From an uncultured virus (IMG/VR IMGVR_UViG_3300050581_000203) (lineage: Duplodnaviria; Heunggongvirae; Uroviricota; Caudoviricetes): DNA of 64,000 nucleotides. The position numbers were made by a program, and so were the translations under genes. Below the pieces are notes generated by a model, which did not search any database, was not told where the DNA came from, and saw only the letters and a program-made list of their open reading frames with translations. The DNA lies in the IMG/VR virus record IMGVR_UViG_3300050581_000203, one strand, 5' to 3'. Of this stretch, positions 9,891 through 18,176 are shown in pieces (position 1 is the stretch's first letter; each line of letters opens with the position of its first letter).

Positions 9891-10175
9891 CTATTGGTTT
9901 GCTCTTTCGTTCTTTCGTTCTATGGCGTTCGACACCTCTTCATCGACCGCGAGAAATTCGAGCAGTTTGGTGCGTGGCACCTGCCCACCCGGCAACGTGT
10001 ATCCCAGGTCGTGATAGGTTGCCGCCCCGGACTTCACAAGCCGATACTCCTCAAACAGCTCGCCTGCACGTCTTTCGTATTCCCGATCTTCAGGCGACTT
10101 CAGCTCGTCGGGTCCGCCCTTGATGCCCAGGACGACGGCGTTGTAGCAGAGTCTTTCAATCGTCGCTCTAAAGGG
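9891..10175 (-). CDS. Tail assembly chaperone -1 frameshift extension (gpGT-like), absent from the ORF track
   Basis: The -1 frame is open from the slippery site to TAG at 9891 (FRATIERLCYNAVVLGIKGG...ERANQ*). Confidence 0.75.
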   Translation of the reverse strand, partial: PFRATIERLCYNAVVLGIKGGPDELKSPEDREYERRAGELFEEYRLVKSGAATYHDLGYTLPGGQVPRTKLLEFLAVDEEVSNAIERKNERANQ

Positions 10176-10531
10176 GCATCGGGCGCCAACGCCGCTTCTT
10201 CCTCCGCCTCTTCTTTCTCAAGCTCTTCGATACGCGCGATCAACGCCTTGACGTGACGCGGCGGGATCATCGGGACCAGGCGCGGCGTGACGTTGACCAG
10301 CCGGCACTGTAAACGCATGGTGTTCTGCATCGTCGGATCGGGACGAATCTCGATGACGTCGATGTCGTCGAACCCCTTGCCGTTGCTCAGTACGTCCACC
10401 TGGTGCCCGTCGATGAAGATGCGCACGGCGCTTTGGGAAATTCGGCTCTGTTCCTGCCAGCCCAGGCGCGTTTTGATGACGTATTCCTTGCCGTCGAGGG
10501 TGATGCTTTCAGTATTGGGTTGCTCACTCAT
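10100..10531 (-). CDS. Tail assembly chaperone (gpG-like)
   Basis: Lies between the tail tube and tape measure genes; contains an in-frame C CCT TTA heptamer at 10175-10169. Confidence 0.75.
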   Translation of the reverse strand: MSEQPNTESITLDGKEYVIKTRLGWQEQSRISQSAVRIFIDGHQVDVLSNGKGFDDIDVIEIRPDPTMQNTMRLQCRLVNVTPRLVPMIPPRHVKALIARIEELEKEEAEEEAALAPDAPLERRLKDSATTPSSWASRADPTS

Positions 10532-11565
10532 AGGGTTGCCTCCGAGGTGCGTAGCCATAGGTTAAAGTCCTTGCCGGTGACGGAGTCGATCTGTGCGCTG
10601 CCGGTCACCGTCATCGTTTTGCGCGCCTGGCTGCCGGTCAACGCCGGGAGCTTCTTGGGGTCGAAGAAGACCGACGGCAAGATGATGTGCCCCTCCGACT
10701 TGTAGGTCGTGTTGATCGTAGCGCCCACCATGTCCAGCACCAGCGCCATGGCCGTGCCCGCTCGCGCGGCGTCGTAGAACACGGTCGCATAGTCCGACCA
10801 CGAGATGTCGAAGCTCACGGTAATCTCGCGGTCGCCGGGTTGGGCCTCCTGGATGGTCGGGTCCGGCTTGGCCAGGCCGTAGGCTTCGGCGTCCACCGCG
10901 TTGTTGACCACAATCTGGACGTTGTTGATTTTCGGGTAAGCCGTGCCGCCGGTCAGCGTAATCTTCTTCGTCGTGGCACTATATGCCGGCGTTCCGCCAA
11001 TGCTGACACCGGCGTCGTAGAACATGAGCGGGCGCAAGATGCCCGGGTAGCTGGGCGTGGCGATCACCGCCGGCGACGCCGACGCGCCGTCATAGTCCCA
11101 CACGCCGCCGGCTTTCGCCTCGTCCTTGGCGATGAAATCGAAGGTGTTCTTCACCGCCTCCTTCTGCGCGGCCGCAATCGTCCACTGATTGACCACGGCG
11201 GAAAGGATGTTGATCGCCAGGGCGCCGGTGTACTTCTGCTGGATGCTGATCGGTAGTAGCCCCACGGTGTCGTCGAAACACAAGCCCTGGTCGTAGACGC
11301 CGGTTGCAGTCAGGGTGCCAGCCGTGTCGCGCAGGAACGACGCGAACAACGGGCCGAGTTGGGTCGCCCACCACCAGGTGGACATCGGCCCGGTGACCGG
11401 CTTGGCGCCCAGCACGTTCAGGTAGGTCCCGCGCCCGCCGCCGGTGCTGCGGATCGTAACCTTCTCGCGCTCGCCGCCGATCTCGCTCGATTCGACCGGC
11501 AGCCATTTCGCCGGCGTGACCCACGTCCCAAACGTGGTTTCGCGCGAATAGATGAAATCCGGCAT
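10528..11565 (-). CDS. Major tail tube protein
   Basis: ETTFGT N-terminal motif, GDREITVSF motif, size and synteny. Confidence 0.8.
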   Translation of the reverse strand: MPDFIYSRETTFGTWVTPAKWLPVESSEIGGEREKVTIRSTGGGRGTYLNVLGAKPVTGPMSTWWWATQLGPLFASFLRDTAGTLTATGVYDQGLCFDDTVGLLPISIQQKYTGALAINILSAVVNQWTIAAAQKEAVKNTFDFIAKDEAKAGGVWDYDGASASPAVIATPSYPGILRPLMFYDAGVSIGGTPAYSATTKKITLTGGTAYPKINNVQIVVNNAVDAEAYGLAKPDPTIQEAQPGDREITVSFDISWSDYATVFYDAARAGTAMALVLDMVGATINTTYKSEGHIILPSVFFDPKKLPALTGSQARKTMTVTGSAQIDSVTGKDFNLWLRTSEATL

Positions 11566-11718
11566 TTATGCCTCCTCTACCTTCTCGTAATCGTCTGGAT
11601 AGGCTGCCAGGTACTGATTGGCCAGGTCATCCGGCAATTCGATGATCTCGCCGCAAATGCGACTGCCCCAGCCGGGGATGTACCGGCCGTCGAGGGCGAG
11701 CACGCGAAGCTTCGTCAT
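11566..11718 (-). CDS. Small hypothetical virion protein (50 aa, below the ORF-track cutoff)
   Basis: MTKLRVLALDGRYIPGWG...EKVEEA*; GGAGG RBS; fills the gap with coupled start and stop. Confidence 0.6.
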   Translation of the reverse strand: MTKLRVLALDGRYIPGWGSRICGEIIELPDDLANQYLAAYPDDYEKVEEA

Positions 11719-12239
11719 AGCATCCTCCGTTCCGTTTGAACTTTGAATGGCACGGCGCCATAGTTCTCATAGTTGTTGGTCCGGGCGTCCACGTCCAGCC
11801 CATACGCGACGTCTTCGTCAAGCAGAAACTGGATCACGGTCTCTTCTCGGTCCAGGTCGGTGACGGTGAGACCGCCCATATCGTGATGTGCGCTCTTCTG
11901 TAGCTCGCGCATGACGTAGCAGATCAGCTCCTCGACCAGGTCGTAGCTGGGCACCGTCATGTATTTGTCGCCGACCGGCGTCAGCCAATCGGCGTTAGCT
12001 TGCTTGCCGAGTTGGACGTTCAGCGTAATCAGCCCGCTATATTCGTGTACCGACACGCCGCCCGTCAGTTCGTCGATCAGCATCTCGGTCGCGATGATGA
12101 TCTCCACGAACGGATACGAATCGGCCGGCACCGGCATTGGAACGCCGCCGCGGGTATACAGGTTGATGGGCGCCAGTTCCGGCCGGGCCGCAAGGGCAGT
12201 CTGGATGTAGTCGGCCATCTGGCGCTTGATGAAGCTCAT
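11715..12239 (-). CDS. Putative tail terminator/completion protein
   Basis: Synteny before the tail tube gene; YPFVEI motif. Confidence 0.55.
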   Translation of the reverse strand: MSFIKRQMADYIQTALAARPELAPINLYTRGGVPMPVPADSYPFVEIIIATEMLIDELTGGVSVHEYSGLITLNVQLGKQANADWLTPVGDKYMTVPSYDLVEELICYVMRELQKSAHHDMGGLTVTDLDREETVIQFLLDEDVAYGLDVDARTNNYENYGAVPFKVQTERRML

Positions 12240-12772
12240 TCGATGCCCCCTTCCACGAACAGGTGCTGATGCGCGAACGCCCGGAACTGCTTATAGTCTT
12301 TGTCGGTCAGTTGCAGCATTGGTCGCGCCGGCATCTTGATGGTGCCGTCCTGGTGATAGGCCCAGCGCGGCTTGCTGCCGGCCTTCTGGCCGCTGCGCAC
12401 CCTGTTCACGACGCGCACGCTCTGCTTGTGCGTTTCCCAGTCGAAGCCGGACATCATGGCCCCGCTGCGCTGCAAGATGGGTTTGCCCGGGTAGTGCTTC
12501 GCCTTCCACGCTGCGTACTTTGGCGAGAGCGCCGCCCAGCGCTTGGGCTTGCCGCGGGCGCGGAACTGGGCCGGGATGTGCTGCTGCACCAGGTAGCGCC
12601 CGAACATATCCAGCACCGGTTCCATGTCTTCGGCGCGTGAGCGAAGGTCTTCGATCCGCTGGAGCACGACGTTGGCCTTGCCGCCATCGTTGACGACGAC
12701 GTCGGCGCCAAGCGTTTTGACCACGGTGCGCTTCCCGCGCGCGCTGACATACCTGGGTGAATTGATTGCCAT
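12236..12772 (-). CDS. Phage virion morphogenesis (Mu gpG-like neck) protein
   Basis: WAALSPKY...ILQRSG...AYHQDGT..MPARPML motifs. Confidence 0.8.
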   Translation of the reverse strand: MAINSPRYVSARGKRTVVKTLGADVVVNDGGKANVVLQRIEDLRSRAEDMEPVLDMFGRYLVQQHIPAQFRARGKPKRWAALSPKYAAWKAKHYPGKPILQRSGAMMSGFDWETHKQSVRVVNRVRSGQKAGSKPRWAYHQDGTIKMPARPMLQLTDKDYKQFRAFAHQHLFVEGGIE

Positions 12773-12774
12773 CG

Positions 12775-13182
12775 CTACACCGACCAGTAGTTGTCGCGGC
12801 GGACCATCGGGACGATCTCGAAATCGACGTCGTCCGCCTCGTCTGCCGACGCGCCCGGAAGTTCCTGCTGGCCGTTCTTCAAGCGCGTGAGGAAGGCGCT
12901 ATAGGTGTTCGTCCAATATTCCACGCGCGGCAAGAGGGATTGATCGACCCAACCGGCGTGCCAGGCCGCCACCGCGGCGCCGTATGTCGCATACGTTCGG
13001 AGCATGCTCAACGCTTGAAGGTTCGTGATCGGCACGACGTAGCCGGTCGCCTGCGCGACGCCGTCTATTTCCGCGGAAATATCTTCGATGATGCCGTTCA
13101 CGTCCTCGGCCGTTGGCCGGCTGGTATTGCTGAACGCGACTTGCATCAGGCGTTGGACGTCGTCCAGGGCACAGTAGGCCAT
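12775..13182 (-). CDS. Head-tail adaptor (Mu gp36-like)
   Basis: MAYCALDDV...SAEIDG...GYVVPI pattern. Confidence 0.7.
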   Translation of the reverse strand: MAYCALDDVQRLMQVAFSNTSRPTAEDVNGIIEDISAEIDGVAQATGYVVPITNLQALSMLRTYATYGAAVAAWHAGWVDQSLLPRVEYWTNTYSAFLTRLKNGQQELPGASADEADDVDFEIVPMVRRDNYWSV

Positions 13183-13569
13183 TTAAAGCTTCCCCTGCTG
13201 AAGCCGGCGGAACGGGCTTTGCTCGTCCTCAATCGCCCAGATATGCCCACAGACGCCGCAATGGAAGTGATCCCCATCGAACGTGACCTGGCCCGGCATG
13301 CCGCAACTGATACAACGCGTGGCGGCCGTGGGCTTTGCGATGCCGACCTGGGCAAGCATCTGCTCGATCTCCGTCCCGCTCAGCGCTTCCATCAATTTGT
13401 TAGCCGTCTCGGCAACCGCATCGGCGATTACTTTGGCGCGATCTTCGGTCATTTGGGCTGGCTGTTCCTGCGCGGGTTCAGTGGACTGTTCCGGAGCGGC
13501 CTCTTTGTTTGGTTGCTCCGCTTCGGGCGTTTGCTCGGCGTCACCCATAGGTGTATTTTTCTTCGCCAT
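13183..13569 (-). CDS. Hypothetical protein with a C-terminal zinc ribbon
   Basis: CISCG...CGVCGHIW. Confidence 0.6.
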   Translation of the reverse strand: MAKKNTPMGDAEQTPEAEQPNKEAAPEQSTEPAQEQPAQMTEDRAKVIADAVAETANKLMEALSGTEIEQMLAQVGIAKPTAATRCISCGMPGQVTFDGDHFHCGVCGHIWAIEDEQSPFRRLQQGKL

Positions 13570-13577
13570 TGGTCTCC

Positions 13578-14090
13578 TTACTGGCGGTTAACCCCGCGAA
13601 TCCACACAGTTGCCGTATACACAGAAGAGTTGCTATCTACACTCACCCTGGCACAGCGGCCACCGTTGCTGATTTCACGCATAGCGATCCCATCTCCGCC
13701 AGCGATGTAAAAGGTTCGCGCCAGGCTTGTTTCAACCAGCGTGTTGGTCGCGACATCCGACTCCACGATTGCAGTTTCACTTGCGGTAAACCATGAGATG
13801 GATGGTGCCTGACTGCACGATCCTGGGTATAACGAAAACTGAGGCGTGATCGTCATATTCGTTGTGCCGCTTACGTCTGCGACGGCCTCGATCTGCACCG
13901 CACCGTAAGCCTCAACATTCACCGGCGCGGATGCAACAGTGGTCGTGTATGGTGTGTCGCCTGCAAGCACGGTCTGTGTCATCGTGTATCCGTAGATACC
14001 GGTGCCTGTGACCGACGCGGCCGCAATGCCGCCGGCAAACAGAAGAACGGCAATCGCAATGGGGACCAACAAACGTGAAGCCTTGTGCAT
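13578..14090 (-). CDS. Hypothetical protein with a signal peptide, immediately after the capsid gene
   Basis: MHKASRLLVPIAIAVLLFAGGIAAA start after a GGAG RBS; beta-rich mature part. Confidence 0.6.
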   Translation of the reverse strand: MHKASRLLVPIAIAVLLFAGGIAAASVTGTGIYGYTMTQTVLAGDTPYTTTVASAPVNVEAYGAVQIEAVADVSGTTNMTITPQFSLYPGSCSQAPSISWFTASETAIVESDVATNTLVETSLARTFYIAGGDGIAMREISNGGRCARVSVDSNSSVYTATVWIRGVNRQ

Positions 14091-14159
14091 GTCGATATCT
14101 CCATACGGCGCCGGGGGAAGACCCGGCGCCATCCAATTAGCGTTTTTACTCAACGGAAC

Positions 14160-15398
14160 TTACGAAGCCGACCCATCGCTCCAATAACTAAAGCGCCAAC
14201 CGCCGACGGCGTTCGTGTGGCTGCCGCCCATCACGACGCGGACCTTGTAGTCCACCGAGTCGTTATCGTAGCCGCCCTCCATTGGACTTACGGTCCCGCC
14301 GCCCAGCGCGAGTTGCGCACTGGCGCGCATGAACATCTGCGGCGTGTCGTAGCCGGACAGATAGGCGAATTCGACCGAGTAGCCGTCCGCCGGGTCGGAG
14401 AACAGATACCAGGAGTTCGCGTAGTTGGTGGGGTCCAACAAGCGCAAGTAGGGGTTCAGGCGCACTTGCAGCCGGCTGCGCAATTCCTGGCTGATGATGT
14501 TGGCCGTCGGCAAGTTCGTCTTGTCGGTGCTGCCGGCATAGGCCACGATCAGCGAGTTCAGGACCTGTTCCACCTTGAGCTGCATAGCGCGGGTGCCGAC
14601 CACAATGTAGACCGGATCGTTCATCACCGGCAAACCGTCGGAATCGTCGCCGGGGTACTCGCCCATGGCGCTGATCGCCGTGGCCAGCGCGTCAGCCGAG
14701 AACTTGGCGGTGCCCTTGTTGGAATAGGTGGCGCCGTTGACGCTATGGTTTGTCGCATACAGCGTCGTGTTGGCGGCGAAGAGGGACGTCGCGACGTAAG
14801 CCTCGGTCTGTTGGGCCTGGTAGGAGAAATCGTTCGGAACGTCCGCCAGCGCGCTCAAGTCGTCGTTGATCAGCGCTTCCCAGAGAATGTTGCGCACCGA
14901 GCCGCGCTTTTGCACGCCGAAGCTGTAGTAGGACTCGCTCGGCTTGTCGTTGGTGTACGCCTCGCCTTGCTTGACCACGGGCAGCAGTCCGCGGCCGGGC
15001 GAACACTTGAACCGTTTCACGTCGCGAAAGTCTGCCACCCGGCTGACCTTGATGTAGTCCTGCCAGTTCGGGATAACCGCTTTGTACTTCGCCAATAGGA
15101 CGCGGTCGATGGTGTCGCCGAATAGCAGCGGGAAGTCCGAAGTGGACACGGCTTCGCCCAGGGCGCGATATGCGGAAAGGTCGCCTTCGACCATCGCGCG
15201 AAAGAGCCGGCGCGACGGGCGATGTCCGGCCAGCATATTGCCGTAGGCCTCTTCGAAGTTCGTCAGTACCTTTACGTACTTCTGGCTATCGCGTCGGGCT
15301 TCACTGGTATGCGACAGGTTCCTGCCGTCGCCGGAGAAGATGGCAGCAGTGTCCACTCCCGAGGCCCAGCGGTTGATGACGTCTAGAAACTCACTCAT
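14160..15398 (-). CDS. Major capsid protein (HK97 fold)
   Basis: STSDFPLL, EALINDDL, WYLFSDP...AYLSGYDTP, DSVDYKVR motifs. Confidence 0.88.
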   Translation of the reverse strand: MSEFLDVINRWASGVDTAAIFSGDGRNLSHTSEARRDSQKYVKVLTNFEEAYGNMLAGHRPSRRLFRAMVEGDLSAYRALGEAVSTSDFPLLFGDTIDRVLLAKYKAVIPNWQDYIKVSRVADFRDVKRFKCSPGRGLLPVVKQGEAYTNDKPSESYYSFGVQKRGSVRNILWEALINDDLSALADVPNDFSYQAQQTEAYVATSLFAANTTLYATNHSVNGATYSNKGTAKFSADALATAISAMGEYPGDDSDGLPVMNDPVYIVVGTRAMQLKVEQVLNSLIVAYAGSTDKTNLPTANIISQELRSRLQVRLNPYLRLLDPTNYANSWYLFSDPADGYSVEFAYLSGYDTPQMFMRASAQLALGGGTVSPMEGGYDNDSVDYKVRVVMGGSHTNAVGGWRFSYWSDGSAS

Positions 15399-15448
15399 GA
15401 TGCTTCACTCCAATCGTCTTAGAAAAACGAGCGATGGCCTGAACGGCG

Positions 15449-15805
15449 TTACAGGCCAAACCCCACGCGGATCGTCGTCGTCGCGCCGCTGGTGACGGCG
15501 TCAAGTGCGTAGCCGAACGGTTTACCGTCGGTGGAATCTTTGTTGATCACGCCGGTGTCCAGGTACAGCTTGTCGCCGACCGCGACCGTTGCGTTGCCGG
15601 CGTGGTCTTCGCCCTTCACCGACACCACGCGCACGTGGCGGCACGGAATTGTGCACACCGCATTGCCGGCCGAGTCCCGGTCGGTTTGCAGATAGACCGT
15701 CATGTCGCTCAGCGCGATCACGTCCCCCGATACCTTCCCGGACGGCACCGCCAGATTGAGATTGATGGGCATCGCCTGTTCGATTGCCCCTGGATTCTTC
15801 GCCAT
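15449..15805 (-). CDS. DUF2190-like capsid cement/decoration protein
   Basis: MAKN...VSGDVI...VGDKLY...FGYAL pattern next to the capsid gene. Confidence 0.75.
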   Translation of the reverse strand: MAKNPGAIEQAMPINLNLAVPSGKVSGDVIALSDMTVYLQTDRDSAGNAVCTIPCRHVRVVSVKGEDHAGNATVAVGDKLYLDTGVINKDSTDGKPFGYALDAVTSGATTTIRVGFGL

Positions 15806-15857
15806 GTCTGTGCTCTCCTTCCCAAAACAAAACTACGGATTCACGAATCACCAGGAG

Positions 15858-17837
15858 CTACGCGCGCCCCTGCACCGCCGTCTTCGCCTGGGCTTCCGTT
15901 AACCCCATGCGCATGAATGCCGCGATGCGGCTTTTGGTTAGCTCTTCGCTCGACCGCTCAGCCGGCAGTTCGCCGCCCATCCCCTGGACTCTTCCGGCGG
16001 ACGAGACGACCGAGGCCAGGTACTGGCGCTCCGCCTTGATGGCCTCGCCGATGCTGGCTTGCAGTTGATCCGGGCTCATGGGCGGGTTGTCGCCCTGATC
16101 GGTCGATGCCGGAGTTGCACCGCTACCGGATTGCCACACACCGGAATCGTCCTTGTAGTACCCGGCGTCGAAGACGGCGGCCCAGGCAATGTGCACGGCT
16201 TGCTCCGCTCCCTGCGGCAACGCGTCCGTGTACGCCGATAGCCACAACGCCTGAGCGTCGGCCGGCAACTCGGCGACGTCGGGCGGGATCTCGACGGTTG
16301 GCTGGTCGCCCGGCTCCAGGTCCGTTCCGGTCGGCGCAATCGAGCCGTCCCCGGCCAGGTCGCCTTCTGCTTCGGCAAGTTTCCGGCGCGCTTCCTGGAA
16401 TCTCTTCTTGCCGGTTTCCAGGTCGAGCTTGGGGATGCCGGCTTCCGCGAACCTGGTCACCGCCGGCACCAGCAAGGCCCGGATACGCGCTTGCGACGCC
16501 AATGGGAGCTGCGACTTGCCCAACGCTTCGGCCACGATTTGCTCAGCCTTCAATTTGCGGACCTGAGCACGCCCGGCGCGCACGGCTGCGATCAATTGTT
16601 TGTGCTGCCGCTGCGCTTCTTTGAGTGATACAGGCATAGATGCCTCCTCGTGAATGTTTTGCGCCGCGGGCGTGTCGTTCGTGCCGCGCGCGCTCTCAAC
16701 CAAAGTTGCGTCCCCGCCCGCCGCCGCGCGGGTGACGAAATCCAACGAAACGGCGTCGGTGAAGGCCTCAACGACGAAGTTCCCCGTGGTCGGGTCTTGC
16801 GAACCGCTGCCCGTGGCATTGATGGACATGTCGCCGGCAATGCCCTCGCCCACTTTTGTGAGTAGCGCCTGTTCAGCTTTGCTCACGATGGACTTATGGC
16901 GTAGAGCCGGCTTGCCTTCACGGTTGGTGCCCAAATAGGTCTCTGCGATGCGCCCGACGAGATCCCGCACGCTACGCTCAGGCCGGTCGGCTTCCTCGGT
17001 TTTTGAGGGGTGATCGATGTAGATTGGCTTGCCCTTGAAAATCTCGAGTCCTGATTGGAGGGCCGCTTGGGTGTAATAGTTTCCATTCAAGCTCAAGCCC
17101 TCAGCGACAATGACGCCATCGATCTTTCCGGTGTCGTCAACATACGCTTCGCGAAGCACCGTCTCACGCAGCTCGCGCGTGCCTAGCGCCGACGCGCGTG
17201 CGGCTTCCTGGATTGGCTTACCGGAAGCGATGGGTTGTGCCGGCGGAGCCGAGGCGGTGATACCCGAAATAGTTGCTTCATCGTCTGGATCGACGATCTG
17301 AGGAACGTCCGGCATGACCGTGGCACCGGAAGGAGCGACGACCACCGCCGGATCGGGGGCTGTGTCCGGATTAACCGGCGCACTGCGCAGGCACAATAGA
17401 AGCGGGTCGCTATCGATGGTGGCGTTGAGGGTGTCAAGCGCCACGCCAATGGCATGCGATAAGGCAATACGCGAATCCTGGCTAATCGCGCCGTCAGCCA
17501 ACAGATCGTCCGCGTACATCGTGAATTCCCGGTGAGTGTTTGCCACCAGGTAGTCCGCGATGTTCTGTGCGCCAAACGCCTCGTGTACCACTCCGGCAAT
17601 GGTTGAGCCCAGGTCAGGCACGCCGGCGGCCGGCGCTTGCATGGTTGGTGCCAATTCGCTGATGTCGTCGCTGTTCCCGTAGAGCCCAACGATCATGCGG
17701 ATTGCCTGTTGCATGATGCGGAATTTCTTCTTCAGCAGTTCATGCTTCGTCTCCAGCGCTTCATACTCGGCGCGGGTGTGCTTGGCGCCGGCCTCGGCAA
17801 GCGTGTTATCGGTCGTGGTTGAAGTTGAATTTAGCAT
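15858..17837 (-). CDS. Prohead protease/scaffold with an embedded ChaB-like domain
   Basis: GLSLNGNYY, YIDHP, RSVRDLVG, MSINATG, SLDFVTRAAAGG protease motifs; LPADAQALW...IAWAAV...YYKDDSGVW. Confidence 0.8.
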   Translation of the reverse strand: MLNSTSTTTDNTLAEAGAKHTRAEYEALETKHELLKKKFRIMQQAIRMIVGLYGNSDDISELAPTMQAPAAGVPDLGSTIAGVVHEAFGAQNIADYLVANTHREFTMYADDLLADGAISQDSRIALSHAIGVALDTLNATIDSDPLLLCLRSAPVNPDTAPDPAVVVAPSGATVMPDVPQIVDPDDEATISGITASAPPAQPIASGKPIQEAARASALGTRELRETVLREAYVDDTGKIDGVIVAEGLSLNGNYYTQAALQSGLEIFKGKPIYIDHPSKTEEADRPERSVRDLVGRIAETYLGTNREGKPALRHKSIVSKAEQALLTKVGEGIAGDMSINATGSGSQDPTTGNFVVEAFTDAVSLDFVTRAAAGGDATLVESARGTNDTPAAQNIHEEASMPVSLKEAQRQHKQLIAAVRAGRAQVRKLKAEQIVAEALGKSQLPLASQARIRALLVPAVTRFAEAGIPKLDLETGKKRFQEARRKLAEAEGDLAGDGSIAPTGTDLEPGDQPTVEIPPDVAELPADAQALWLSAYTDALPQGAEQAVHIAWAAVFDAGYYKDDSGVWQSGSGATPASTDQGDNPPMSPDQLQASIGEAIKAERQYLASVVSSAGRVQGMGGELPAERSSEELTKSRIAAFMRMGLTEAQAKTAVQGRA

Positions 17838-17841
17838 CGTG

Positions 17842-17936
17842 AAAAATAAAAAAAACGCGGGCCTCAAAAGAGGCACCGCGTGACTTTCCACTTATGCGGA
17901 ATTGATGCGACCTATACGCCGCATCCCGTATTCAAT
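17842..17936 (-). terminator. Late leader element C: TTGAATA, small hairpin, conserved motif and terminator before the protease/capsid genes
   Basis: Minus strand ttgaatac-gggatgcggcgtataggtcgcatc-aattccgcatAAGTGGAAAGTCACGCGGtgcctcttttgaggcCCGCGT followed by a T-tract. Confidence 0.75.
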
Positions 17937-17974
17937 TGATTGGATTATACGTCAACGCAGAACGCCTGATCTGG

Positions 17975-18175
17975 TCATTTTGGCCGATTGGGGCCATGCG
18001 CAACGGCGGCCGCGATGACGAGCGTCAGCGTCGTCATTGCCAGCAGCACGATGCCACTGGCGATAACGCTTTGGATGCTCAACGCGACGTGCCAGGTTGC
18101 CGCAACGACGCTCACAAAAGCCAAAATCAGGATGACGTCCTTGACGCGATTGGGATTCGATTCAGTCGGTTCCAT
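17975..18175 (-). CDS. Small two-helix membrane protein
   Basis: Two hydrophobic segments; start 1 nt after the portal stop. Confidence 0.55.
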   Translation of the reverse strand: MEPTESNPNRVKDVILILAFVSVVAATWHVALSIQSVIASGIVLLAMTTLTLVIAAAVAHGPNRPK

Positions 18176-18176
18176 C

